A stretch of DNA of 64,000 bases. Origin: a virus. How positions within the stretch are numbered: position 1 is the first letter of the stretch; every line of letters starts with the position of its first letter. Under the pieces are notes generated by a model. That model did not search any database. It was not told the origin of the DNA and worked only from the letters and a program-made list of their open reading frames with translations. The stretch is from positions 13,436-77,435 of the IMG/VR virus record IMGVR_UViG_3300032053_000039; one strand, 5' to 3'. Shown here piece by piece: positions 18,401 through 27,263 of the stretch. Position numbers and translations under genes: made by a program.

Positions 18401-20590
18401 AGGAACATCTTTTTCTTCATCTACTAGTTGCTTAATAGAAATAGAACCTCTTCCATCTGCGACTGCTATGAGAGTATCCCCTGTTATACATGGATTTGAG
18501 ATTACAGTTTTATTGATATTAGTAACAGTACACTGCCTATAAGCTATATCCATATTAAAAATTCCTGGTTCTGCGACCGACCAGGCATTTTCTACAATAG
18601 CATCCCACAACTGTTTTATTGTTACCATCTCCCCTTCTGAATCTAACAAAGCCATTGTGGCTCCATCTGTAACATTTTTTATAGTGTGAGGAATCTCTGG
18701 ATTTTCTTCCAAGTCTTTATAAAAGCTATCAGGAATCATTACAGAAAAATTAAGTCTATTGAATTTACTCAAATTCTTTTTTGCTTCTATAAATTCTAGT
18801 ATAGACGGATGATCTATTGTAAGGAGACCCATCGCAGCACCCCTGCGACTATTGTGAGTAACAATCCCATTAGCTATGTAAGAATGAACGTCTTCCACAT
18901 TTATATCATAGGTTTCATTTTCTCCAGTATCTTCTATTTTTACTACTTTACTAAAAAAGTAATCTCCAACTTCAGGAATAAGATTAAAAGCAAATTCTTT
19001 TTTCTCTTTTAAGTGCTGGTATGAAGATATACTAAAATTTCTTTCATTCCTAAAATATCTTTTTATCTCTTTTTTTAGTTTTTTATGACTTTCTGGTTTA
19101 TAATGATTTTTGTCTATTTCTTCTAAAACTTTAGAAAACCAATACCGAGGAAAGGGAAGAACATAGCTTTTTTCTCGAGTTAGATCACATTTCCAATTTT
19201 TACATTCCATGAAACGTGATTTTTCATCACAGCTTATAATCTTTTTCCAATTTTCTAATCCTACGTAAGATAGTATTTTTAAACTATGTATAAATTCTTC
19301 TTTGCTGAAACAATTTTTCCCATGTTTAGTTAAAAAAATACTATTTGGGCAACCCAGTTCAAATAAAATAGCAGATACTTCTTTTATGAGAACAAAAGAT
19401 GATGAGTTTAATTGAGGGTATCCATGACTAACTGAACCATCTGATTCAAAAAGACCTCTTAAATACATTCCTTTTATCGAAATAGGACTTTTTCTAATTA
19501 ATAAAGGAATTGACGCAGTATTACTTTTGCTTTTATTTAATTTATTTAAAATGAGAAATTCCTTTAATTTTTTATTCGATATAGTGATATTTACACAATC
19601 ACCTTTCCCTCTTTGAGTATAAAAAGATATATCTCCAAATACTTTTTTCAATTTTTTAGGAAAGTCTTCTACCAAATAACTTTTGAGGGGAATGGTAAAA
19701 ACAATTCTATAATCTTTTTCTTTTGATGCTACAGATCCATTTCCTGTAAGATATCCAAGAATAAATGCAAAATCTTCTGTTATTTCTTTAGGTAAGCTAA
19801 TATCATTTTCATTAAAATGATTATATCTAGACTCATCTAATTGTTGTAATTTTTGAATTACTCCATTTCCTGATTTTAATTTGATTACAGCAAAGTCTCC
19901 TTTTTTAACATCTTGAAGCTCTTTCCAAATGAATCCATTTTCTGAAAATATTTTTATTTTATGATTATATGTCCCTTCAAGCTCTATTCCTTCTTCTGTT
20001 ATAATTTTTAATGTGCTCGCAATACCGTTACAGTAAAATCCTTTAGAGTCTTTAATACCATTTTCGGTGTCTATTTTTATACTATGATCATGCCAACCAT
20101 AATCTCTATTGCTTATTATTTCATCTAAATATAATAAGCCTTCTTGAGTAGAGATAAGAGATCTTCCTATGAGACATCCTGACTGATTAACACCATCAAG
20201 CATTTCATTAAATATTGCTATAAAAGGGAGAGGTCCTGAGCTGGTTCTACCATTAAGGGTTTTAATTTCTTCTTTTGATCCTCGTAACCTAAAGTATGGA
20301 ATTCCTATTCCACCTCCCATCTTTGTAACAATAGCACATTCTTTTAATGATTCAAATATTCCCTCAATACTATCTTCTATATCCATAGGGAAGCACGAAC
20401 TAAGAGTTCCCACTCTTTCATTAGTCCCTCCGTTCATCAAAGTCGGAGATGAAGGAATAAATTTCATTTGTTCTAGGTATGGATAGATATCAGGATATAT
20501 TTTTGAGATTCGCTTAGCTAATTCCTCCCAGGTATTTTCACTTGATAGAAAATATCTATCTCTAAGCAATTTTACAATAGATTCATTCAT
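15491..20590 (-). CDS. nrdJ: Class II (B12-dependent) ribonucleotide reductase with two inteins
   Basis: PSSPTLMN, LSSCF, QSG|SRRGA, NP|CSE, CALGSINL, SIAPTG, GVTVYRDG; C-terminal TSCPD-like region and CPTCG..EGCLKC..CGYSKC. Confidence 0.93.
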   Translation of the reverse strand: MNESIVKLLRDRYFLSSENTWEELAKRISKIYPDIYPYLEQMKFIPSSPTLMNGGTNERVGTLSSCFPMDIEDSIEGIFESLKECAIVTKMGGGIGIPYFRLRGSKEEIKTLNGRTSSGPLPFIAIFNEMLDGVNQSGCLIGRSLISTQEGLLYLDEIISNRDYGWHDHSIKIDTENGIKDSKGFYCNGIASTLKIITEEGIELEGTYNHKIKIFSENGFIWKELQDVKKGDFAVIKLKSGNGVIQKLQQLDESRYNHFNENDISLPKEITEDFAFILGYLTGNGSVASKEKDYRIVFTIPLKSYLVEDFPKKLKKVFGDISFYTQRGKGDCVNITISNKKLKEFLILNKLNKSKSNTASIPLLIRKSPISIKGMYLRGLFESDGSVSHGYPQLNSSSFVLIKEVSAILFELGCPNSIFLTKHGKNCFSKEEFIHSLKILSYVGLENWKKIISCDEKSRFMECKNWKCDLTREKSYVLPFPRYWFSKVLEEIDKNHYKPESHKKLKKEIKRYFRNERNFSISSYQHLKEKKEFAFNLIPEVGDYFFSKVVKIEDTGENETYDINVEDVHSYIANGIVTHNSRRGAAMGLLTIDHPSILEFIEAKKNLSKFNRLNFSVMIPDSFYKDLEENPEIPHTIKNVTDGATMALLDSEGEMVTIKQLWDAIVENAWSVAEPGIFNMDIAYRQCTVTNINKTVISNPCITGDTLIAVADGRGSISIKQLVDEEKDVPVYTLDKQGDLRIKKFLNPRLTQKNADIYEVSFDSGLIIKCTNNHEFLTTSGVMVPLKDLKKGSSIKSIIKNYSKSVSKKKEYCTITTNGITKSEHRLIAAYFSGKLLSEGEVVHHINYDSLDNRPENLQIMDYKTHDQLHGKDKLGKNNPVFKIKDRDSWIRKQRELNQGLKNSNSKNISNEEIVRLIKKYSKNTLYNFFTLQMWKSLNLPLLNTNNKGNKYRYSNPKEYCDLAKVKYIESITYNKLLKQYNNLVSGEQIFKFDKKSLNFIIYKKCEYCGKEFIVDYDRRQITFCSHYCCVKEIQKPFMFENSKFSKKYLDHPNTKRRLKLTLEMFRAYKKLGNTYLNFGKEYKGARTVIRNNNIFCPSLSYLKDNINKVRFAKDLIYLAEKNIKNYKHKFELKKAIGDSYNHKIISIKYIGKEDVYDGTVEETHNFLIGGREYLNKKNKKCIEYVVCSNCSEFTNIPYTSCALGSINLSSLVEGKKFNWDEFEEIIVKATRFINSTIDKNKFPIKKIKEVTLKTRPIGLGVMGLAHALYKKEIPYNSDKAFKFTEEVIRYLTLRSMQESVELSKIEGSYEAFDYDLFIKANERFFKHKSCRNINIEELRSDIKKHGIRNSCCTSIAPTGSIAYIAEVSGGIEPVFALSYSRKIETGIKEGVKQYDVVCIGDSVFEKYLIDNFDDKIKQKILKEVSENKGSCQKCKDIPDDMKKVFLTAGDLTPMEHLSILEATAVNVSLSASKTINLPSNATKEDVAGVFLDAHKRGIIGVTVYRDGCREGILIHDSDKKDKIEGIVYRAIPKRPPTLPCEIHRVMYQGHKWIVFVSLMEGKPFEMFAGAVDDVCIPKKIEDGFIKRQGTKHYSFEYDDEVLINNIGKSFYNKEHDAFARSISLHLQSGVPLDEVLIMLNKAEGDVTHFAKVLARTLKKYVEDGLDAQEVCPTCGSKLRFSEGCLKCSDIGCGYSKCG
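17021..18490 (-). mobile_element. HNH-type intein at the RNR active-site NPC motif (490 aa)
   Basis: CITGDT..., CTNNHEF, EHRL...VHHINYDSLDNRPENL, ...VCSN|C. Confidence 0.92.
18851..20176 (-). mobile_element. LAGLIDADG-type intein in RNR (442 aa)
   Basis: CLIGRS..., GTYNH, YLRGLFESDG, ...VTHN|S. Confidence 0.93.
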
Positions 20591-20678
20591 ATTATATCTC
20601 CCCCGAGGTATTGGTTCTTATTTTTTATTCATATAATCTTTCTATAATAAAATCGAAAGTATACTAAGGATACTTAAG

Positions 20679-21467
20679 TTACATCTTCTTATTTAAATCT
20701 TGCATTAAATCTCCAAGCCATATTGCGAAAGAATGTTCTGCTATTATTGCACTGGAATCTCCCCAAGTTATTTTCTCAAGCCCCCATTTTTTTGTATAAA
20801 CATTCATATCACAATATCTTACCAAGCCATTGCAAGTATCATAAACCATAGCAATATGTTGATTATTTCCTCCTAAATCAAGCATGATTATATCTCCTGA
20901 TTTGATTTCCTGGATATTCTTTCTTATCTTAAGCTCTCCTCGTTCGGATAAGTTTTGTACTCTCCTTTTGAATGTAGAAATACCCTCTAATTCCATATTA
21001 GAACCCCATCCTCGAAAATACACGTAAACCGAACCTACACAATCTGCCTGTTTGCTTTTAGGATCTCCACTTAATGCATAGTTCCAATCTTTAAACATCC
21101 AGATCCATTTCATTAACTTTTCTTCAGGAGATGCTTGCACAAATCGATCATAAGATAATTTTAAATCTGCAATCCTATTTAATGTATTAAACTTATTTCC
21201 AAATATATCCGAATTTGTATTGCTTGAATATTTCCATACAGTAGATATAACCGAAATACAAACAATTACGGTTACAATAGCAATAAGAGAAAGCCAGTTT
21301 ATATTTTTAATAGGATAATGTATGAATTGCCAAATCTTTGAGGGAAAATTCTTAAAAAAGTCTTTTATTTCTTTTTTAGAATCTTTCTGTTTGAGTTCTT
21401 TTAGAAGTACTTTCTTTTCTTCCGTATAAGAAGACTCGAAGCTATTTGATTGTTTCTCTGCTTCCAC
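20679..21467 (-). CDS. Membrane-anchored NlpC/P60-family peptidase (putative cell-wall hydrolase)
   Basis: Hydrophobic segment WLSLIAIVTVIVCISVISTVW; Y..G.....DCVG, GDII, HIAM. Confidence 0.6.
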   Translation of the reverse strand: MEAEKQSNSFESSYTEEKKVLLKELKQKDSKKEIKDFFKNFPSKIWQFIHYPIKNINWLSLIAIVTVIVCISVISTVWKYSSNTNSDIFGNKFNTLNRIADLKLSYDRFVQASPEEKLMKWIWMFKDWNYALSGDPKSKQADCVGSVYVYFRGWGSNMELEGISTFKRRVQNLSERGELKIRKNIQEIKSGDIIMLDLGGNNQHIAMVYDTCNGLVRYCDMNVYTKKWGLEKITWGDSSAIIAEHSFAIWLGDLMQDLNKKM

Positions 21468-21535
21468 TGGAATACCCCCGGGGTATGAATATTTAGTAAT
21501 ACTTATTTTATTTTTATTTTAGGGAAAAGTATTAC

Positions 21536-21562
21536 TTAGTAAATGATAGAATCATTTACTAA
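21536..21562. terminator. Hairpin, possible terminator
   Basis: 12-bp inverted repeat TTAGTAAATGAT-AGA-ATCATTTACTAA. Confidence 0.4.
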
Positions 21563-21577
21563 CGATATTGAGATGGT

Positions 21578-21865
21578 TCATTTTGTATAGTTTAGTATAA
21601 ATCGAATATGATCTTTATACACTCGTTGATTGTTAAGATCTTTTCCAAATACAGGGCCGTGAGTTTCTCTTTTTTTTCTTCCTCCAATCCACTCAGCGTC
21701 TACGAATGTGTAATAATCTCCTTCTAGTTTAAATAACTCTATATAACCTTTCTTACTACGGCTATTAATATAGGTTTCTGCCTCAGATTTTGTATCACAT
21801 CCCATAAAAGCATGATATGTCATATCTCTAGCAAGATAAATAGTTTTTGGTAAAGATCCCTTCAT
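21578..21865 (-). CDS. hypothetical protein
   Basis: GGAGG RBS, 95 aa. Confidence 0.6.
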   Translation of the reverse strand: MKGSLPKTIYLARDMTYHAFMGCDTKSEAETYINSRSKKGYIELFKLEGDYYTFVDAEWIGGRKKRETHGPVFGKDLNNQRVYKDHIRFILNYTK

Positions 21866-21876
21866 ATAAACCTCCC

Positions 21877-22152
21877 TTAATCTTTTGCTTCTTCAGTCCT
21901 TTCTTCTCCATGATGTTCTTGATGACATTTTCGACACCAGATCTTACATTTAGCAGCCTCTTTCTTAAATTTTTCTGGAGACCAGGACCAAATTTTGTGA
22001 CTTATTTTTTCATCTTTATCTTTATGATGCATTTCTAGGTTTTTCTTAGAACCGCACTTCTCGCACTTTTTGTCTTTAAAGAAATCTCTTTTTTTCTTTT
22101 CAAGCCATTGTCGTTGATATTCTTGTTTATCTTCCAATTTTTTAAATGGCAC
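21877..22152 (-). CDS. Small HNH endonuclease
   Basis: CEKCG...LEMHH...CKIWCRKCHQEHH. Confidence 0.8.
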   Translation of the reverse strand: MPFKKLEDKQEYQRQWLEKKKRDFFKDKKCEKCGSKKNLEMHHKDKDEKISHKIWSWSPEKFKKEAAKCKIWCRKCHQEHHGEERTEEAKD

Positions 22153-22206
22153 AATTTCCTCCTAACAGTATGTTGTTTTAATATCTAAAGAAAAATAATA
22201 ATTTTA

Positions 22207-22482
22207 TTAATATAGAAAATCTTCAACAAATATGGGAGTTTGATCTCCCATATAGGAACCATCGACGTTAAAATCAAAATATTCAATAGCTTCTTCAAGG
22301 CTCATATCCTTAGATAATATATCAATACATTTTGATTTGGAATATACTACTCTAAGAGTTTTTGTGCAAACTCCTATAATAGCAGGATTAAAGTTATCGG
22401 CAAATAGGAAAGTATCTTCTGGGAAGGACTCGATGATTAGATCTTGGACAGAGGTAGTATCCTTTTTATTGTATGTATTCAT
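22207..22482 (-). CDS. hypothetical phage protein
   Basis: AIIGV...VVYS..KCI..L...MS.EEA.EYFDFN..GSYMG..TPIF resembles a small-protein pattern common in phages. Confidence 0.7.
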   Translation of the reverse strand: MNTYNKKDTTSVQDLIIESFPEDTFLFADNFNPAIIGVCTKTLRVVYSKSKCIDILSKDMSLEEAIEYFDFNVDGSYMGDQTPIFVEDFLY

Positions 22483-22493
22483 ATTAATATCTC

Positions 22494-22682
22494 TTATATC
22501 ATATTTGGATAAAGCTGGTTCTTAGATCTACCAATTACAACGTGAAACTGTTCAATATCTGGAACAAAGGAATGTTCATGAAATTTAAAATCATTAGAAT
22601 TTTCTACAATAAGAACTCGGCTACAAATATCTGAACAGTATCAGACTTCTTTATAATTAGTAATGCTAAGAAGTCTATTCAT
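22494..22682 (-). pseudogene. 62-codon ORF with one in-frame TGA (pseudogene or readthrough)
   Basis: ATGA-coupled to the upstream gene. MNRLLSITNYKEV*YCSDICSRVLIVE...YPNMI fills the gap exactly. Confidence 0.4.
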
Positions 22683-23077
22683 TTTGTGACCGCATTTGCA
22701 TTTAATTTCTTTTTCTCTTTTAGTTCTGGATAGAATATGATAATATCGTCGCCTAGTATAGATTTTTTTATTATTTTAGCGTTCCAGGTTTGGAAATTTG
22801 TAAGAGACTCAAGAGTTTTCCCGGCATTATCCACAGTTGTTGATAACTGTATCCATTGAATCTGATCAGATGAGTAGGGTGTTCCGTTTATAACGACAGT
22901 GCTTTGAGATTGGCCTTGAAGATTAAGAGTATTTATACTTTTATCTATTTTCAATCCCCCACCCAAAATAAAATAAACATTAAGAGATATAGATACAAGT
23001 AAAAATAGTGTTATCGCAATAAATGCTGCTTTCGTAAATTTGTCTTTTATGAAATTTAAAAAATTGGTTCCTGGCAT
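22679..23077 (-). CDS. hypothetical membrane protein
   Basis: N-terminal TM segment. Confidence 0.6.
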   Translation of the reverse strand: MPGTNFLNFIKDKFTKAAFIAITLFLLVSISLNVYFILGGGLKIDKSINTLNLQGQSQSTVVINGTPYSSDQIQWIQLSTTVDNAGKTLESLTNFQTWNAKIIKKSILGDDIIIFYPELKEKKKLNANAVTK

Positions 23078-23317
23078 TCCTTTTTCCTATTATATAAATA
23101 ATAATAAATATCCCCAAATAACTTAAGTCTATAAAACACAAATACCGTAATTTTTTGTAAATTTCTTATTTTTTATAACACAATGAGTCTTCTTCCGAGA
23201 AGAAGAGGATTCAAAATTAAAACGAAGACAATAAACTTATTATGTATAAAAATTTTTTAATAATAATTAATACTACAATGCTTCATATAAGTTTTTTAAT
23301 AAATTTCATAATATATA

Positions 23318-23569
23318 TTATTCATACTCAACAACAGCTTGTCTGCAAAAATCTATAAGTTGAATATATGTTTTAGTATCACAATTTTCTTTTCCAGTAA
23401 GATTATATTCAACTAATTTTAGATCTAGGCACTTTTTGAAATCTTCATTAATGTCTAAACATTTTTTCTTTGTAGGTTCTCGACAGATAAAGAATATTAC
23501 AAACAATAGAAATAAACATAGAGCAATAGCAGCTCCTCTTTTAGCCCCCTTTTTCATATAACACCTCAT
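23318..23569 (-). CDS. hypothetical membrane/secreted protein
   Basis: N-terminal TM segment, Cys-rich. Confidence 0.55.
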   Translation of the reverse strand: MRCYMKKGAKRGAAIALCLFLLFVIFFICREPTKKKCLDINEDFKKCLDLKLVEYNLTGKENCDTKTYIQLIDFCRQAVVEYE

Positions 23570-23691
23570 ATAGTTTAAATATAAATTTAGTTTTATATTT
23601 TATTTATACACTTTATTTCTATTTTCTTTATGTCTTTATCAATAGGGTATATCCAAGCGTAAAGACTGAAGGAATATCCTTTATCTCTAGA

Positions 23692-24033
23692 CTAATCTTC
23701 TTCGGCTCTAAGTATTTTCCTATAAATAGATATCCTTGGAATTCTAAATCCATACACTAAGAAACTATATGTTTTGCCTTTTTCTATTTTATCATATATT
23801 CCAAAATTAAATTTGTCGTTAGTTTTATCTGACTCTACAAAAATTTCTTTATCTGTTACTATTGTATATGTTACTTCAAAATTCTTATTTTTTTCAATCG
23901 TATCTATTTTTTTATCTAACACTTTAGCAATAACAATATCTATAGCATTATAGTATATAACAGGAACAATTGTAAAAAAATTAATAGATCCTACGAGCAC
24001 AAATAGCAAAAAAGTCATTAATGCTAACTTCAT
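23692..24033 (-). CDS. hypothetical membrane protein
   Basis: N-terminal TM segment, beta-rich C-terminus (YSFLVYGFRIP..SIYRKI). Confidence 0.6.
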   Translation of the reverse strand: MKLALMTFLLFVLVGSINFFTIVPVIYYNAIDIVIAKVLDKKIDTIEKNKNFEVTYTIVTDKEIFVESDKTNDKFNFGIYDKIEKGKTYSFLVYGFRIPRISIYRKILRAEED

Positions 24034-24108
24034 TAAAATATGATTCCTATAGTAGAATTTATTTTGAAAAGATATCTTTATTATAATAATACATAATTTT
24101 TATTTTTT

Positions 24109-24369
24109 TTAAGGTGTGTCTATACATTTAATTTTGTTTGCATTATTATCAAGCATGGGTATTCCTATAAGCTTCTCGGGCCAGGTATGATAATAATATC
24201 CCAAGATACATTTTACTTCGAATACCTCTTCAACATTAATTCCCCTTTGCCTAAATTCATTAAATCTCCAATCAAGTACAATTGGAGCATCTTTCGTTGT
24301 TTTAACAAAGAGTATTAGAATAGTGATTATAGTTATCACTATTAAAAAATTTTTCATATAGACCCCCAT
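24109..24369 (-). CDS. hypothetical membrane protein
   Basis: N-terminal TM segment. Confidence 0.55.
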   Translation of the reverse strand: MGVYMKNFLIVITIITILILFVKTTKDAPIVLDWRFNEFRQRGINVEEVFEVKCILGYYYHTWPEKLIGIPMLDNNANKIKCIDTP

Positions 24370-24401
24370 TTATGAAAAAATTTTATGTTGTAAGATCTCG
24401 C

Positions 24402-24644
24402 TTAGTTCAGTCCAATTCTGTAAGTTCTTTTGTTTTTATTTATTTTTACTTTTCGATTTTGTTCTTCTTCTTCTATATCAAAAGTGCTATATTTAATATA
24501 TCCAGCTATAATACCAAGTTCATCTATAGATGAATTTATTCGGCTCATAATATCGTTAATTAAATCAAAGTCGTTTCTAGTATCTAATATTTTTATGTTC
24601 ATTACTAAATTGGCATTGATCCTTTTTTCCATCAAATCCTCCAT
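24402..24644 (-). CDS. hypothetical protein
   Basis: Co-oriented packed ORF; the real start may be the second Met after GGAGG. Confidence 0.55.
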   Translation of the reverse strand: MEDLMEKRINANLVMNIKILDTRNDFDLINDIMSRINSSIDELGIIAGYIKYSTFDIEEEEQNRKVKINKNKRTYRIGLN

Positions 24645-25082
24645 TTAATTATAAACAGTGTTTTTATAGGATTCTATTAGTTCTTGAGATTTTTTTAATA
24701 ATTCTATATTTGGTTCTTTTTTTTCTATAAAAAAATGCTTATAGACGAGTACAAATAGCTCTTTGTTTTCTACTATTCCTTTTATAACATATTTATATTT
24801 TTCTGTATCCTTTATAAATCGAGAGATATCCCAAATCCAAAATTTAAGAATCATATTGTTGTAAGGGATAAACATGTTACTAAGAAGATCATTTAATTCA
24901 TAAGCAGAATCCTCGTCTTTAATACAAGCAATGATACTTCTTACGAATATATTACAATCAAATGATATTTTTTCTTTAAAAACCCATTTTGTTCTAAAGG
25001 ACAAAAACGATAGTGCTAAAGACAATGCTATAATTATCGAGATTATTATAACCATAACTATAGAGGCAACGTACAAATTCAT
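24645..25082 (-). CDS. hypothetical membrane protein
   Basis: N-terminal TM segment. Confidence 0.6.
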   Translation of the reverse strand: MNLYVASIVMVIIISIIIALSLALSFLSFRTKWVFKEKISFDCNIFVRSIIACIKDEDSAYELNDLLSNMFIPYNNMILKFWIWDISRFIKDTEKYKYVIKGIVENKELFVLVYKHFFIEKKEPNIELLKKSQELIESYKNTVYN

Positions 25083-25084
25083 AA

Positions 25085-25288
25085 CTATTCTCCAATAAGT
25101 TTAAAATACAATTTAATCCTATCGGATTTACTCCATACATTATAATTACTATCTCTATTTAAAATGTCATCAAAAAACCAATATATCCCATTTTTATCCT
25201 CTTGCGGAAAGAAGACCCCTTGCTTTAGCTGGGGGATGAATTTTCCGCTAATTTCTTTCAATTCCATACATTGCATCATCAAAAGCAC
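25085..25288 (-). CDS. hypothetical protein
   Basis: Packed ORF. Confidence 0.5.
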   Translation of the reverse strand: MLLMMQCMELKEISGKFIPQLKQGVFFPQEDKNGIYWFFDDILNRDSNYNVWSKSDRIKLYFKLIGE

Positions 25289-25497
25289 TTCGATGAAAAA
25301 AAATATAATATGATAGCTAAGGTTACTATAATTAAAGTAGATAAACTTATTATCGCTGCAATTGCTGTAGCTAAGATACCCTTATCCTCTTTCCAGGCCA
25401 ACCAAACTCCAATATTGGTTAATATAACTGCAGAGACTCCAAGAAATCCTAAGGATATGAGTAAAACCCATATAAGTGATTTTATACTATTGCACAT
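25279..25497 (-). CDS. hypothetical two-TM membrane protein
   Basis: Two hydrophobic helices. Confidence 0.55.
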   Translation of the reverse strand: MCNSIKSLIWVLLISLGFLGVSAVILTNIGVWLAWKEDKGILATAIAAIISLSTLIIVTLAIILYFFSSKCF

Positions 25498-25503
25498 AAG
25501 TTT

Positions 25504-25641
25504 CTATGGAAAGAGGCACAATACCTGTGTATGTACCTTCAATATTCGTAATTCTATATATTTCAAATTTGACCAATTCTTGTATCCTGATAATAGAATA
25601 ATAAAAAAGCACATTATTACTATTTTAAGACAAAATTTCAT
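25504..25641 (-). CDS. small hypothetical protein (45 aa; not in ORF track)
   Basis: ATGA-coupled; MKFCLKIVIMCFFIILLSGYKNWSNLKYIELRILKVHTQVLCLFP. Confidence 0.4.
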   Translation of the reverse strand: MKFCLKIVIMCFFIILLSGYKNWSNLKYIELRILKVHTQVLCLFP

Positions 25642-25919
25642 TTTAATAGCTCCTTAGTTTTTTTTAATTTATCTCTGAGCTGTTTAAGATCTTCTTCTGT
25701 TTTATTTATATTACAATTTAATATTTCTATTATCTGTTCTCGTGTTAGTATAGAAAAATTCATATCATCCCCATAAATTGATATCTTGTCTCCAGAGTCA
25801 AATAGCATATTTATGGACTGTTTTGATGAAAACCCGACAGGTTCATTTGAAGTTTCTATAATTTTTTTACCTTTTAAGAAATTTGCTACATCGTCTGTTT
25901 TTATTTTGTTTGTTCTCAT
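25638..25919 (-). CDS. hypothetical protein
   Basis: GGGGTG RBS, 93 aa. Confidence 0.6.
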   Translation of the reverse strand: MRTNKIKTDDVANFLKGKKIIETSNEPVGFSSKQSINMLFDSGDKISIYGDDMNFSILTREQIIEILNCNINKTEEDLKQLRDKLKKTKELLK

Positions 25920-26000
25920 TATTACACCCCCATATAATTTTACTTCATCGAGGGTTCATATTTTTATTTTATTTTTTTTTTATATTCTTCGTCTTTCCTT

Positions 26001-26219
26001 CTATTCTTCGTCTTTCCTTCTATCTATATATGATTCTGCCAAATGAATTATAGTATTCTCTAATTGCTTATCTGAAAAACTGAGTCCGGATAAAAGTCTA
26101 TAAAATAACTCAAATAGTTCTTCTGTTGTAGAATCAATATCTAGTGTTGTTTCTACAACCTCACAACTATCAATTTCACCACTAACGTTATTAGTCCCAT
26201 CAATTCTCAGTTTTATCAT
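26001..26219 (-). CDS. hypothetical protein
   Basis: AGGAG RBS. Confidence 0.6.
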   Translation of the reverse strand: MIKLRIDGTNNVSGEIDSCEVVETTLDIDSTTEELFELFYRLLSGLSFSDKQLENTIIHLAESYIDRRKDEE

Positions 26220-26255
26220 AATAATCTCCTTATTTCTTTTTAAGGTATTTATAAA

Positions 26256-26489
26256 CTAAACAGCATATTCTTTTTTTATGATTGTAAGGAATTTGAGGAG
26301 GCCGTTTTCAGTTTTAAATTCCTGGAGAGTTCCATCTATATAAAAGTATGTCTCTACTTTTCCAATATTACCACAAGGATTCTTATAAACTTTTATTTCC
26401 TTTTGAATATCCATAAAGTTATCTCTGTACACAGTAAGCCAATATCTTTTATGAAACAAATACCCAGTCTTTATCCAATTTGGTTTCAT
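26256..26489 (-). CDS. hypothetical protein
   Basis: G-rich RBS. Confidence 0.55.
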   Translation of the reverse strand: MKPNWIKTGYLFHKRYWLTVYRDNFMDIQKEIKVYKNPCGNIGKVETYFYIDGTLQEFKTENGLLKFLTIIKKEYAV

Positions 26490-26580
26490 GATAACCCCCC
26501 GATAATTATTCTGTTAGACTTCCTTTTTTAATTTATATTTATTAGGTAACAAAATCTATTAATAACTTACAAAAACTCCT

Positions 26581-26733
26581 TTATTTGGAATATTTTTTAA
26601 CTAAATCTTTGACTGCTTTTCGAATAAGATCTGCGACAGTAACAGTATATCCATGCTTTTCTTGTTCATCTTTAGCTAATTTTTCAAGAGAGTCTTTGTC
26701 TTTCTTATCTATTCTGAAATTAAGCTGCTCCAT
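26581..26733 (-). CDS. Ribbon-helix-helix protein (50 aa; not in ORF track)
   Basis: AGGAG RBS; MEQLNFRIDKKDKDSLEKLAKDEQEKHGYTVTVADLIRKAVKDLVKKYSK. Confidence 0.75.
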   Translation of the reverse strand: MEQLNFRIDKKDKDSLEKLAKDEQEKHGYTVTVADLIRKAVKDLVKKYSK

Positions 26734-26859
26734 GAGAAACTCCTTTTAAACTATATTATAACAGGAAATACCTTATGTATAATACGACATAACAATTAGT
26801 CAATAATATTAGTATAACCTTTTAATTATTTTTTGAAAATTAGGAAATACAAGTGTATA

Positions 26860-26976
26860 TTATTTTTTCTTTTTATATCTATCTAAAATTCGTTCTTGGT
26901 AATTTTGACGAACGATTCTATCCGGATCTTGCTTCCGAAATAAAAAATTCAATAATCCCATAAAGAATTTTTTCAT
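26860..26976 (-). CDS. small hypothetical protein (38 aa; not in ORF track)
   Basis: MKKFFMGLLNFLFRKQDPDRIVRQNYQERILDRYKKKK. Confidence 0.35.
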   Translation of the reverse strand: MKKFFMGLLNFLFRKQDPDRIVRQNYQERILDRYKKKK

Positions 26977-27050
26977 TGTTATTCACACCAGATTAAATTT
27001 TTTTATACATTATCAGTACATCAGGAAACTTAGTCAATTTAAGCAACTTG

Positions 27051-27245
27051 TCAAATATTTTTTAAATACATTGATTTTCGTGTAAGGGATTGATCTCTAT
27101 TTTTTAGTTCTAGAGTTTGTTTGCTTTTAATAATGTAAAGGCATCTCTTGCAGGTTACTTTGTCGATATTAGATGAATTCTTACTTCCATAACCAGAGTA
27201 ACCGCAAATAGACAGTCCCCCATCTCTCTTGTAATGAATTGCCAT
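27051..27245 (-). CDS. small zinc-finger-like protein
   Basis: IH...CG...VTCKRC. Confidence 0.55.
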   Translation of the reverse strand: MAIHYKRDGGLSICGYSGYGSKNSSNIDKVTCKRCLYIIKSKQTLELKNRDQSLTRKSMYLKNI

Positions 27246-27263
27246 AACAACCTCATCTTAATA

